A stretch of DNA of 16,221 nucleotides from a bacterium (GCA_043800755.1 JAZDMQ010000002.1:1-16221), one strand, 5' to 3'. Counted from the stretch's first letter, positions 6,315 to 14,364 are shown. The notes: a model not told the origin generated them from the sequence alone. Translations and numbers: made by a program.

Positions 6315-9164
6315 ATGGCCACAACCAAGAAATATGTCTATCTCTTTGGCGGAGGATCGGCCGAGGGACGGGCCGACATGAAGGATCTGCTGGGAGGCAA
6401 AGGGGCCAACATCGCGGAGATGACCAACGCCGCCCTCCCGGTCCCGCCGGGCTTCACTATCACCACCGAGGCCTGCAACAAGTATTATGCCCAGGGCAAG
6501 AAGTTCCCCGATGGCCTTTGGGAGCAGGCCCTGGAGGCCCTAAAGCGGGTGGAGCAGCTCACCGCCAAGAAGTTCGGGGACCCCAAGAACCCCCTCCTGG
6601 TTTCGGTCCGCTCCGGCGCCAAATTCAGCATGCCGGGCATGATGGACACTGTCCTCAATTTAGGCCTGAATTCCAAGACCCTAAAGAGGATCATCGCCCT
6701 GACCGGCAACGAGCGCTTCGCCTACGATGCCTATCGGCGACTGATTCAGATGTTCGGCCGGATCGTGATGGGCATCGAGGGGAAGAGATTCGACAACATC
6801 CTCGATGCCTACAAAGCCAAAACCGCGGGCAAGAGGGACACCGATCTGACCGCGCCCATGCTGCAGGACATCATCCGCGATTATAAGACCATCTATAAGA
6901 AGGAGATCGGGGAGGAATTCCCGGAGGATCCCCTGAAGCAACTGAAGCTGGCCATCGAGGCAGTCTTCGGCTCCTGGTTTGGAAAGAGGGCCGTGGATTA
7001 TCGCAACATCAACAAGATCCCCCATGATCTGGGAACCGCGGTCAATGTGCAGACCATGGTCTTCGGCAATATGGGGAACGATTCCGGCACCGGGGTGGCC
7101 TTCACCCGCAATCCCAGCACCGGGGAGAAGGTCCTCTACGGCGAATACCTGATCAATGCCCAGGGCGAGGATGTGGTGGCCGGCATCCGCACCCCGCAGA
7201 AGATCTCCGAGCTCTCCAAGGAGTTGCCCGAGGTGGGCAAGCAATTCGCGAAGATTGCCAAGATGCTGGAGAAACATTACCGGGAGGTGCAGGATCTGGA
7301 GTTCACCGTGGAACGGGGAAATCTCTACATGCTCCAGACCCGCACCGGAAAACGGACCGCGCAGGCGGCAGTGAAGATCGCGGTGGATATGGTCAAAGAG
7401 GGCCTGATCAGTAAGGAAGAGGCCCTGATGCGCGTGGAGCCCAATCAGGTCTATCAGCTCCTGCTGCCCCGGTTCGACGATGAGGCCAAGAAGAAGGCGC
7501 GGGAGAGCGGGGGATTCCTGGCCGCCGGGCTCAACGCCAGCCCGGGTGCCGCCTCTGGCACCGCCATCTTCGATCCCGACACGGCCGAGCATTTAGGCAA
7601 ACAGGGAAAGCCGGTGGTGCTGGTGCGCTACGAGACTTCCCCGGAGGATGTGCACGGGATGTACGCCAGCAAGGGCATCCTCACCCAACACGGGGGCGCT
7701 ACCTCTCATGCGGCGGTGGTGGCCCGTGGGGCTGGCCTGCCCTGCGTGGCGGGCTGCGAGGGCATCAAGGTGGATGAGCAGGCCAAGCAGTTTGCCGCGG
7801 GGAACAAGGTGATCAAGGAGGGAGACCTCATCTCCATTGATGGCGGCACCGGCGAGGTCTTCGCGGGGACCATCTCCACCATCGAGCCCGACTTCGAGAA
7901 GGAGGTCGATCTGGTCACCCTGCTGAAATGGGCCGATGAGATCCGTCGCCTCGGGGTCTGGGCCAATGGCGATTATCCGCGGGATGCCATCAAGGCCCGA
8001 CAGTTCGGGGCCGAAGGGATCGGGCTCTGCCGCACCGAACATATGTTCTTCGAGGCCGACCGCCTCCCCATTGTGCAGGAGATGATCCTGGCCGCCTCCG
8101 AGGCCACCGCCCTCGGATATCAGGTGAAGGCCCTGAAGGAACAACTCGATCAGCCGGGATTGACCGAGAAGGAGCGCCGGGAGACCCGCCGCAGAATCGC
8201 CGATCTGGAGAAGAACCCCGCCTATATCACCTATCATTCGGCACTGGAGAAGCTTCTGAAGATCCAGCGAGGCGACTTCGCGGGCATCCTCAAGGCGATG
8301 GAGGGCCTTCCGGTCATCATCCGCCTGCTCGACCCTCCCTTGCATGAATTCCTGCCCAGCTACGAGGAACTCCTGGAGGACATCACCAAGCTGAAGGCCG
8401 CCAACCAGATCGTAGACTCTAAGGAGATCAGCCAGCTCCTGGAGAAGAAGTCCACCATGCTCAAGGCCGTGGCCGGCATGCGCGAGGCCAACCCCATGCT
8501 GGGCCTGCGGGGATGCCGCCTGGGCATCACCTATCCGGCCATCACGGCCATGCAGGTGCAGGCCATCTTCGAAGCGGCCTGCCAGCTCAAGAAGCAGGGG
8601 GTGGATGTCCACCCGGAGATCATGATCCCCCTGGTGGGCCATGTGAATGAGCTGAAGAACCAACGGGAGGCCTTGGAATCCGTAGCGCAGGAGGTTATGG
8701 AGAAGGAGAATGTGAAGTTGGATTATAAGTTCGGCACCATGATCGAGATCCCCCGGGCGGCCATCACCGCAGACGAGATCGCCCAGTACGCCCAGTTCTT
8801 CTCCTTCGGCACCAACGACCTCACCCAGACGACCTTCGGCTACTCGAGGGACGACGCGGAGGGCAAGTTTCTCCTCCAGTATGTGGAGCGCAAGATCCTC
8901 CCGGAGAACCCTTTCCAGGTCCTGGATCGGAAGGGCGTGGGAGAGCTGGTGAAGATGGCCGTGCAGAAGGGACGGCAAACGCGGCCGGATATCGAGATCG
9001 GCATCTGTGGCGAGCATGGGGGCGATCCTTCCTCCATCGAGTTCTGCCACCAGGTCGGCCTGAAATATGTCTCCTGTTCCCCCTTCCGGGTTCCCATTGC
9101 TCGTCTCTCCGCGGCCCACGCCGCGATCAGGGGAAAGAGCAAGGTGGCGGAGAAGGACAAATAG
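6315..9164 (+). CDS. ppdK: Pyruvate, phosphate dikinase
   Basis: Motifs LLGGKGANIAEM, PVPPGFTITTEAC, LLVSVRSGA..SMPGMMDT, NAQGEDVVAGIRTP, phospho-His GGATSHAAVVAR, GIGLCRTEHMFF, FSFGTNDLTQ, GICGEHGG. SD AAGGAGG at 6301-6307 with ATG at 6315 (TTG 6312 is an alternative). Confidence 0.98.
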   Translation: MATTKKYVYLFGGGSAEGRADMKDLLGGKGANIAEMTNAALPVPPGFTITTEACNKYYAQGKKFPDGLWEQALEALKRVEQLTAKKFGDPKNPLLVSVRSGAKFSMPGMMDTVLNLGLNSKTLKRIIALTGNERFAYDAYRRLIQMFGRIVMGIEGKRFDNILDAYKAKTAGKRDTDLTAPMLQDIIRDYKTIYKKEIGEEFPEDPLKQLKLAIEAVFGSWFGKRAVDYRNINKIPHDLGTAVNVQTMVFGNMGNDSGTGVAFTRNPSTGEKVLYGEYLINAQGEDVVAGIRTPQKISELSKELPEVGKQFAKIAKMLEKHYREVQDLEFTVERGNLYMLQTRTGKRTAQAAVKIAVDMVKEGLISKEEALMRVEPNQVYQLLLPRFDDEAKKKARESGGFLAAGLNASPGAASGTAIFDPDTAEHLGKQGKPVVLVRYETSPEDVHGMYASKGILTQHGGATSHAAVVARGAGLPCVAGCEGIKVDEQAKQFAAGNKVIKEGDLISIDGGTGEVFAGTISTIEPDFEKEVDLVTLLKWADEIRRLGVWANGDYPRDAIKARQFGAEGIGLCRTEHMFFEADRLPIVQEMILAASEATALGYQVKALKEQLDQPGLTEKERRETRRRIADLEKNPAYITYHSALEKLLKIQRGDFAGILKAMEGLPVIIRLLDPPLHEFLPSYEELLEDITKLKAANQIVDSKEISQLLEKKSTMLKAVAGMREANPMLGLRGCRLGITYPAITAMQVQAIFEAACQLKKQGVDVHPEIMIPLVGHVNELKNQREALESVAQEVMEKENVKLDYKFGTMIEIPRAAITADEIAQYAQFFSFGTNDLTQTTFGYSRDDAEGKFLLQYVERKILPENPFQVLDRKGVGELVKMAVQKGRQTRPDIEIGICGEHGGDPSSIEFCHQVGLKYVSCSPFRVPIARLSAAHAAIRGKSKVAEKDK

Positions 9165-9237
9165 AGCGGGGGTCGGAGGCCAGGGGCCGGTAAGATCCAT
9201 CGTCGGAAAGAGGCCCTGCATCTGGTAAAAAATGGAC

Positions 9238-9266
9238 TTTACAGGAGGCGGAAAGCTTGCTATAAA
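9238..9266 (+). promoter_or_regulatory. Promoter of tRNA-Val
   Basis: TTTACA (9238-9243), 17-nt spacer, TATAAA (9261-9266) with extended -10 TG at 9258-9259, about 20 nt upstream of the tRNA. Confidence 0.65.
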
Positions 9267-9285
9267 AGCCTTGTTCAGACATCTG

Positions 9286-9360
9286 GGGCGCTTAGCTCAG
9301 GGGTAGAGCACTGTCTTCACACGGCAGGGGCCACTGGTTCGAAACCAGTAGCGCCCACCA
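9286..9360 (+). tRNA. tRNA-Val (anticodon CAC)
   Basis: Acceptor stem GGGCGCT/AGCGCCC, D-arm GCTC..GAGC, anticodon arm CTGTC-TTCACAC-GGCAG, T-arm ACTGG-TTCGAAA-CCAGT, discriminator A and encoded CCA. Confidence 0.97.
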
Positions 9361-9367
9361 AGAATTG

Positions 9368-9396
9368 AGGGGCTGCGATTTGCAGCCCCTTTATTT
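9368..9396 (+). terminator. Intrinsic terminator after tRNA-Val
   Basis: AGGGGCTGC-GATTT-GCAGCCCCT perfect 9-bp stem followed by TTATTT. Confidence 0.7.
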
Positions 9397-9434
9397 CGTC
9401 TCCAGGCAACCTGGTAAGCGATCGGCCAAGGAAA

Positions 9435-10724
9435 ATGAAGAAGACATTCATGCCCGCAGTGAAAAACAGGGCGGAACTTGAGGCGCTTCAGCTGGAAGGG
9501 TTGAAATGGACGGTCCAGCACGCCTATCAAGGATCGGAGTTCTACCGGAAGAGGCTCAGGATGTCCGGCGTCGGGCCCGGGGACATAAAAACCCTCGATG
9601 ACCTGGGGAAGCTTCCCTTCACCACCGCCCAGGACCTGCAGGACGGTTACCCGTGGCCCCTCAGATCGGTGCCGTTCGAAAAGGTCGTCCGGCTCCATGC
9701 CTCCTCCGGGACGACGGGCCGCAGAAAGGTCCTCCTCTACACGGCGAAGGACATCGATGACTGGGCGAACATGTTTGCCCGGTGCTATGAAATGGCGGAA
9801 CTCACGCCTCTGGATCGGGTCCAGATCTGCGTGGGCTACGGTGCCTGGACCGCAGGCGTCGGTTTTCAGCTCGGATGCGAGCGGTTCGGGGCCTTCGCCG
9901 TGCCGGCCGGGGTCGGGAACCTCGACATGCAGATGCAGTTCCTGGTCGATTTCCAGTCAACCGTCCTCTGCAGCACGGTCTCTATGGCCCTTCTCATGGC
10001 GGAGGAGGTTCACAAGCGGGGCCTGAGGGACAAGGTGAAGGTGAAGAAGGTCATTTTCGGGGCGGAGAGATCCAGTGAAGCCACGACGAAAGCCGTCCAG
10101 TCCCTGCTCGGCGCCGAGCATGTTTTCGATATTCCCGGCCTGACGGAGCTTTACGGTCCGGGGACCGGCCTCGACTGCGTGCATCACCAGGGAATCCACT
10201 ACTGGGCGGATTATTACCTCATGGAGCTCGTCGACCCCGACACCCTTCAGCCCGTCCCCGAAGGAGAGGTGGGCGAGATGGTCTATACCACCCTGAGGAA
10301 AGAAGGAACCCCCCTGATCCGTTACCGCTCCAGGGATCTCACCAGGATCGTCCCGGGGGACTGCCCCTGCGGGTCCCTACTGCCTCGCCATGATAAGATC
10401 CTCGGCCGTTCCGACGACATGTTCATTGTGAGGGGCGTCAACGTCTATCCGAGTCACATCGACGAGATTCTCTCGAAACAAGAAGGGGTCGGAAGCGAGT
10501 ACCAGATTCACCTGAGTCACCAGAAGGACGGCAAGGATTACATGAACCTGAAGGTGGAGAGGGCTCAGGCCGGGGACCCGACGAAGGATGCCGCCGTAGC
10601 CAAGAAAATCGAGAAGGACATCCGGAAAGAAACACTGGTGAGCACGGTGGTCGAGGTCGCCGATTACCAGTCCCTGCCCCGGACCGAGAGGAAATCCAAA
10701 AGGGTATTCGATCACCGCGGTTAG
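9435..10724 (+). CDS. paaK: Phenylacetate/arylacetate--CoA ligase family protein (PaaK-like)
   Basis: Motifs LEALQLEGLKWT, KLPFT, P-loop RLHASSGTTG, GLTELYGPG, TTLRKEGTPLIRYRSRD, CPCG, GRSDDMFIVRGVNVYPS, LPR..RKSKRVFD. Family assignment is secure; exact substrate is not. Confidence 0.9.
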   Translation: MKKTFMPAVKNRAELEALQLEGLKWTVQHAYQGSEFYRKRLRMSGVGPGDIKTLDDLGKLPFTTAQDLQDGYPWPLRSVPFEKVVRLHASSGTTGRRKVLLYTAKDIDDWANMFARCYEMAELTPLDRVQICVGYGAWTAGVGFQLGCERFGAFAVPAGVGNLDMQMQFLVDFQSTVLCSTVSMALLMAEEVHKRGLRDKVKVKKVIFGAERSSEATTKAVQSLLGAEHVFDIPGLTELYGPGTGLDCVHHQGIHYWADYYLMELVDPDTLQPVPEGEVGEMVYTTLRKEGTPLIRYRSRDLTRIVPGDCPCGSLLPRHDKILGRSDDMFIVRGVNVYPSHIDEILSKQEGVGSEYQIHLSHQKDGKDYMNLKVERAQAGDPTKDAAVAKKIEKDIRKETLVSTVVEVADYQSLPRTERKSKRVFDHRG

Positions 10725-10738
10725 GATGAAAATTTCTC

Positions 10739-10765
10739 TTGTCTTTTTGGACGCTTTCTTATAAT
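10739..10765 (+). promoter_or_regulatory. Promoter of the leader-iorAB-TRAP operon
   Basis: Perfect TATAAT at 10760-10765 in an AT-rich stretch just after paaK. The -35 candidate TTGTCT (10739-10744) has a short 15-nt spacer. Confidence 0.55.
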
Positions 10766-10803
10766 TAGATGCTGTTATGAGGCACTGTTGCGAGGTGAGG
10801 GTA

Positions 10804-10884
10804 ATGGCTTCCGGAAACAGCGTGCGAAAATCCTGGTGCTGGCGATGGACACATAGGAGGGGAAGGCTCGTCCGTCGCCCATAG
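10804..10884 (+). CDS. Trp-rich attenuator leader peptide (trpL-like), MASGNSVRKSWCWRWTHRRGRLVRRP
   Basis: SD GAGGTG at 10792-10797, ATG 10804, TGG-TGC-TGG-CGA-TGG at 10834-10848, stop TAG at 10882-10884. Lies between the promoter and a U-tailed terminator. Below the ORF-track size cutoff. Confidence 0.8.
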   Translation: MASGNSVRKSWCWRWTHRRGRLVRRP

Positions 10885-10947
10885 GAGTTGAAAGCGTTAG
10901 AAATCCGAAGAGCCATGGACGGTCTTCCGGTTCATGGCTCTTTTTTT
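10841..10947 (+). promoter_or_regulatory. Ribosome-mediated transcription attenuator (1:2 protector, 2:3 antiterminator, 3:4 terminator)
   Basis: 1:2 = GGCGATGGAC (10841-10850) with GTCCGTCGCC (10870-10879). 2:3 = GGAAGGC-T-CGTCCGT (10861-10875) with ATGGACG-GTCTTCC (10915-10928). 3:4 = AAGAGCCATGGAC (10908-10920) with GTTCATGGCTCTT (10930-10942), plus a T7 run. Confidence 0.8.
10908..10947 (+). terminator. Attenuator terminator upstream of iorA
   Basis: 13-bp stem (one G-U) followed by TTTTTTT (10941-10947), 17 nt before the iorA ATG. Confidence 0.85.
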
Positions 10948-10964
10948 ATGGGTCTTAGGAGACT

Positions 10965-12800
10965 ATGAGGTCAGAGGAAAGAATACTGATGGGGAACGAG
11001 GCCATCGGCCGGGGACTGGTGGAGGAGGGATGCCACCTCTTTGCCTCCTATCCCGGCACGCCGGCCTCGGAGGTCCTGCCGTCGGTGGTCCAGTTTTCCC
11101 AAGAGACCGGCCACACCATGCATATCGAGTGGTCGGTGAACGAAAAGGTGGCTTACGAGGTGGCCCTTGCGGGAAGCTACACGGGAAAGAGGGCCGCCGT
11201 CGCCATGAAGCAGGTGGGGCTGAATGTCGCGTCGGACCCCCTGACGAGATCGGCCTATCTGGGGGTCATCGGGGGGTTCGTCATCATCGCGGCGGACGAT
11301 CCCGGCCCTCATAGTTCACAGACGGAGCAGGACAGCCGGCTCTTGGCCCACTTCGCGAAGATTCCTGTCTTCGATCCCTCAAGCCCGCGGGAAGCCAAGG
11401 AAATGATCCGGCAAGCCTTCGAGCTTTCTGAAAAGTACGAGATTCCCGTCATGGTCCGCCCGACCACCCGCATCTGTCATGCCCGGCAGAATGTACCCTG
11501 CCTGAAGCCCCGGGAACTGGTCCGCAGGGCTCATTTCCAGAAGGACCCGAACCGCTGGATTGCTACCCCTCACTTCCTGAGAAATCTCCACCGCATCCTC
11601 AACGAAAAGCTGGACCGGATCGCCGAGGAGGAGGCCTATAGGCCCGTGGCCCGCTCAGGCGATGGCTCCTTGAAGGAGAGGTGCATCATCGCCTCCGGCG
11701 TGTCCTTTGCCCATGCCTACGAGATCTTGGAGGAAATGGGGTTCCTCGGGAAGATCGATTTCTACCAGGTCAGGGTGCCCTATCCCCTCAACCGGTCGTT
11801 CGTCGAGAGGATTCATGCCGGCTACCGCCGTGTCCTGGTCATCGAGGAGACCTATCCCGTCATAGAACTCCAGCTTGGTAACGGCTCCGTCCTGGGGAGG
11901 GAGAGAGGGTGGATTCCCCGGGAGGGGGAGCTGACGCCCGATCTGGTGGAGGAGGTCCTGGAGAAGTTTCTGGAAAGGACGCCGGCTGCGCGGAAGGCCC
12001 TTCAGCCGGCGAAAGGCCGCAGACCCACGCTCTGCGCCGGCTGTCCGCACCGGGCGGCCTTCTTCGCCATCAAGGAAACCTTCCCCGAGGGCATCTTTCC
12101 GAGCGATATCGGCTGTTACACCCTGGGCATGAACCTGAAGGCCATCGACACCTGCCATGTGATGGGTGCCTGTATCAGCCAGGGGGCCGGGTTTTACCAT
12201 GCTTACCAGCAGGACGGCAACGAAATGCCCACGATCGTGGTGACCATCGGGGACTCGACCTTTTTCCACGCCGGGGTTCCCGCCCTGGTCAACGCCGTCT
12301 TCCAGAAAGCGCGCTTCCTCCTGGTCATCCTCGACAATGGAACGACGGCCATGACAGGCAACCAGCCCACTCCCCATCTCGGCATCAGGGCCGATGGGAG
12401 TCAGGGAAACCCCGTTCTCATCGAAGACCTGGTGAAGGCGTGCGGGGTCAAGTTCGTCAGGGAATGCGATCCCTACGATCAAAAGAGATTCGTAGCCTGT
12501 CTCCAGGAAGCTGATCGGTATATCCGCAGTCCGGAAGGGGGTGTGGCGGTCGTCATGTCCCGGCACCCCTGTCTCCTCGATCGCGGAGCGATGAAAGCCC
12601 AGGCCGTCTACCCCGTGAGGGTGACCCAAGATTGCAGCGGCTGCCGGGTTTGCCTCGAGCGGTTCGAATGCCCGGCCCTGGCCTTGGACGAGGAAACACA
12701 GCAGGTGAAGATCGAGGCGAACCTCTGTGTCGGTTGCGGGATCTGTGAATTCGTGTGTCCCGGCGGCGCCATCGCCGTAGAAAGAGATGCAGCGAAGTGA
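10965..12800 (+). CDS. iorA: Indolepyruvate:ferredoxin oxidoreductase alpha subunit
   Basis: Motifs LMGNEAIGRG, YPGTP, VNEKVA, KQVGLNVA, DDPGPHSSQTEQD, CAGCPH, DIGCY, TPP-binding GDSTFFH...LDNGTTAMTG, and C-terminal 2x[4Fe-4S] motifs (CSGCRVC...CP, CVGCGICEFVCP). Confidence 0.95.
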   Translation: MRSEERILMGNEAIGRGLVEEGCHLFASYPGTPASEVLPSVVQFSQETGHTMHIEWSVNEKVAYEVALAGSYTGKRAAVAMKQVGLNVASDPLTRSAYLGVIGGFVIIAADDPGPHSSQTEQDSRLLAHFAKIPVFDPSSPREAKEMIRQAFELSEKYEIPVMVRPTTRICHARQNVPCLKPRELVRRAHFQKDPNRWIATPHFLRNLHRILNEKLDRIAEEEAYRPVARSGDGSLKERCIIASGVSFAHAYEILEEMGFLGKIDFYQVRVPYPLNRSFVERIHAGYRRVLVIEETYPVIELQLGNGSVLGRERGWIPREGELTPDLVEEVLEKFLERTPAARKALQPAKGRRPTLCAGCPHRAAFFAIKETFPEGIFPSDIGCYTLGMNLKAIDTCHVMGACISQGAGFYHAYQQDGNEMPTIVVTIGDSTFFHAGVPALVNAVFQKARFLLVILDNGTTAMTGNQPTPHLGIRADGSQGNPVLIEDLVKACGVKFVRECDPYDQKRFVACLQEADRYIRSPEGGVAVVMSRHPCLLDRGAMKAQAVYPVRVTQDCSGCRVCLERFECPALALDEETQQVKIEANLCVGCGICEFVCPGGAIAVERDAAK

Positions 12801-13303
12801 AACAGCAGATTATCATCAGCGGTCTCGGGGGACAGGGGGTGCTTTTCGCCACCCGGGTCGTGGCAGAGGCAGCCCTGATCGAGGACCACGATTTGCTCAC
12901 CTCGGAGACCCACGGCATGGCCATGCGGGGAGGGACGGTGATCTCCCATGTCAAGGTGGGCCCCTACCAGAGCCCCCTGATCCGAAGCGGCCGTGCCGAC
13001 CTGGGCCTTTTCATGAACCCCGGCAATCTCGATGTTCACGGACATTACCTCTCGGAGTCCGGGAGATTCTTCGTCAACACGGGCATCCGTGGAAATTATG
13101 AAAACATGGACGCGACAAAGATCGCTGGAGAGATCGGTTCGCTGGTGGTTTCCAATCTGGTCCTTCTCGGGTTCGCCGTTGCGGAGGGGGCGCTCTTCGC
13201 GGATGCCGGGGTTTTCAGAAAGGCGATTGCAAGAACGTCCCCTCCCCGTCAGCTGGAGCCTAACTTGAGGGGATTCGAGGCGGGACTGAGAACAAGGGGA
13301 TGA
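12797..13303 (+). CDS. iorB: Indolepyruvate:ferredoxin oxidoreductase beta subunit
   Basis: GTG start overlapping the iorA stop (GTGA). Motifs IIISGLGGQGV, SETHGMAMRGGTVISHV, YQSPLI..G.AD, NLVLLG, N...F..G. Confidence 0.92.
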   Translation: MKQQIIISGLGGQGVLFATRVVAEAALIEDHDLLTSETHGMAMRGGTVISHVKVGPYQSPLIRSGRADLGLFMNPGNLDVHGHYLSESGRFFVNTGIRGNYENMDATKIAGEIGSLVVSNLVLLGFAVAEGALFADAGVFRKAIARTSPPRQLEPNLRGFEAGLRTRG

Positions 13304-13335
13304 AGCCGAACACACGGCAAAAAAGGAGGTGTCTT

Positions 13336-14355
13336 ATGAGAGGACGAGTCTATTCATTTTTTTTCCTTGCTGTCTTCCTCACCGCCGGGTTTGCTTCCAC
13401 GGGCGCGGACGCGGAGATCAAGCTCACCTATGCCAATTTCCCGCCGGCCCAGACATTCCCCTGCGTGCAGATGGAGAGATGGGCCAAGGAGGTGGAGAAG
13501 CGGACGAACGGCCAGGTCAAGATCCAGACCTTTCCGGGCGGGACCCTGCTTCCGGCAAAGAACATCTTCGAGGGAATCATCTCCGGGACCGCGGATATCG
13601 GGAATTTCGCCATGAGCTACCAGCCGGGCCGGTTTCCCCTTTCGGAGGCCATTGATCTTCCCTTGGGCTTCACCAGCGCAAGAGCGGCCAGCCTTGCCCT
13701 TTATGACCTGATCGAAAAGTACAGGCCGAAGGAATTTGAAAAGGTGAAGATCATCACCCTCTTTACCTGTCCCCCCAACGATCTCATGACCAGCAAGCCC
13801 ATTCGGTCTCTAACAGACCTGAAGGGAATGGAGCTTCGTGTTTCCGGGACGGGAGCGGAGGTGATCAAGAGGCTCGGGGGCGTCCCGGTCGCCATGCCCA
13901 TGTCCGATACCCCGGAGGCCATTCAGAAGGGGATCGTGAAGGGGATCGTGTCCTCCCTGGAGACGCTTCAGGACTTCAACTATGCGGCCTACTGTCCCTT
14001 TGCCACGGAGGCCAACCTCTGCGTGGTGAGCTTTGCCGTCGTCATGAACCGGGAGAAATGGGAGTCCTTGCCTGCCGATGTCAAGAAGGCCATCGACGAC
14101 CTCCGGAGAGGGCAGGCGGAGTGGACGGGGAATTATGTGGACAACCATGTCAAGGAAGCCCTTGCCTGGGCTAAGGTCAAATACAACCACCAGGTCTTTC
14201 AACTGCCTGCGAAGGACCAGGGCGAGATCAAGAGACTTTTGCAGCCCATGATCGAAGACTATGTGACCCGGGTGAGCGCTCAGGGCATCCCTGGCAAGCA
14301 GGTAGTCGATGACCTCCAAGGGCTGAAGAAGAAATACGAGAAAAAATCCAGGTAA
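13336..14355 (+). CDS. dctP: TRAP transporter substrate-binding protein (DctP family)
   Basis: SD AGGAGGT at 13324-13330 and signal peptide MRGRVYSFFFLAVFLTAGFASTGADA. Motifs WAKEVEKRTNGQVKI..FPGGTL, DLKGMELRV (conserved carboxylate-binding Arg), LGGVPVAMPMSD..EAIQKG, VMNREKWESLP. Confidence 0.93.
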   Translation: MRGRVYSFFFLAVFLTAGFASTGADAEIKLTYANFPPAQTFPCVQMERWAKEVEKRTNGQVKIQTFPGGTLLPAKNIFEGIISGTADIGNFAMSYQPGRFPLSEAIDLPLGFTSARAASLALYDLIEKYRPKEFEKVKIITLFTCPPNDLMTSKPIRSLTDLKGMELRVSGTGAEVIKRLGGVPVAMPMSDTPEAIQKGIVKGIVSSLETLQDFNYAAYCPFATEANLCVVSFAVVMNREKWESLPADVKKAIDDLRRGQAEWTGNYVDNHVKEALAWAKVKYNHQVFQLPAKDQGEIKRLLQPMIEDYVTRVSAQGIPGKQVVDDLQGLKKKYEKKSR

Positions 14356-14364
14356 GATGAACCA

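Noticed and set aside
9169..9189. Degenerate heptamer tandem GGGGTCG-GAGGCCA-GGGGCCG after ppdK
   Set aside because: Only three imperfect copies in GC-rich sequence; not distinguishable from chance.
7593..9221. Long antisense and alternate-frame ORFs (e.g. 7593-9221, 6681-7592, 11655-12629, 14842-16119, 508-1254, 5276-6292)
   Set aside because: Shadow ORFs overlapping well-supported genes in GC-rich DNA, with no recognisable motifs.
9361..9434. Integrase or att site next to tRNA-Val
   Set aside because: No recombinase ORF and no duplicated tRNA 3' end seen within the window, so no mobile element is called.
10777..10803. Longer leader peptide starting at ATG 10777 (MRHCCEVRV...)
   Set aside because: In frame, but only a few nt from the predicted transcription start and without an SD, whereas ATG 10804 has GAGGTG at 6-nt spacing. 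Not fully excluded.
10725..10964. T-box or trp RNA-binding attenuation protein (MtrB) site as the iorA regulator
   Set aside because: No T-box consensus and no run of regularly spaced (G/U)AG triplets; the Trp-codon leader peptide explains the structures better.
12755..12796. N-terminal extensions given by the ORF track for iorB (12755), dctP (13300), dctQ (14357), glyS (2807) and larA (1507)
   Set aside because: They overlap upstream genes or hairpins or lack an SD; later starts fit the family N-termini or SD positions better.
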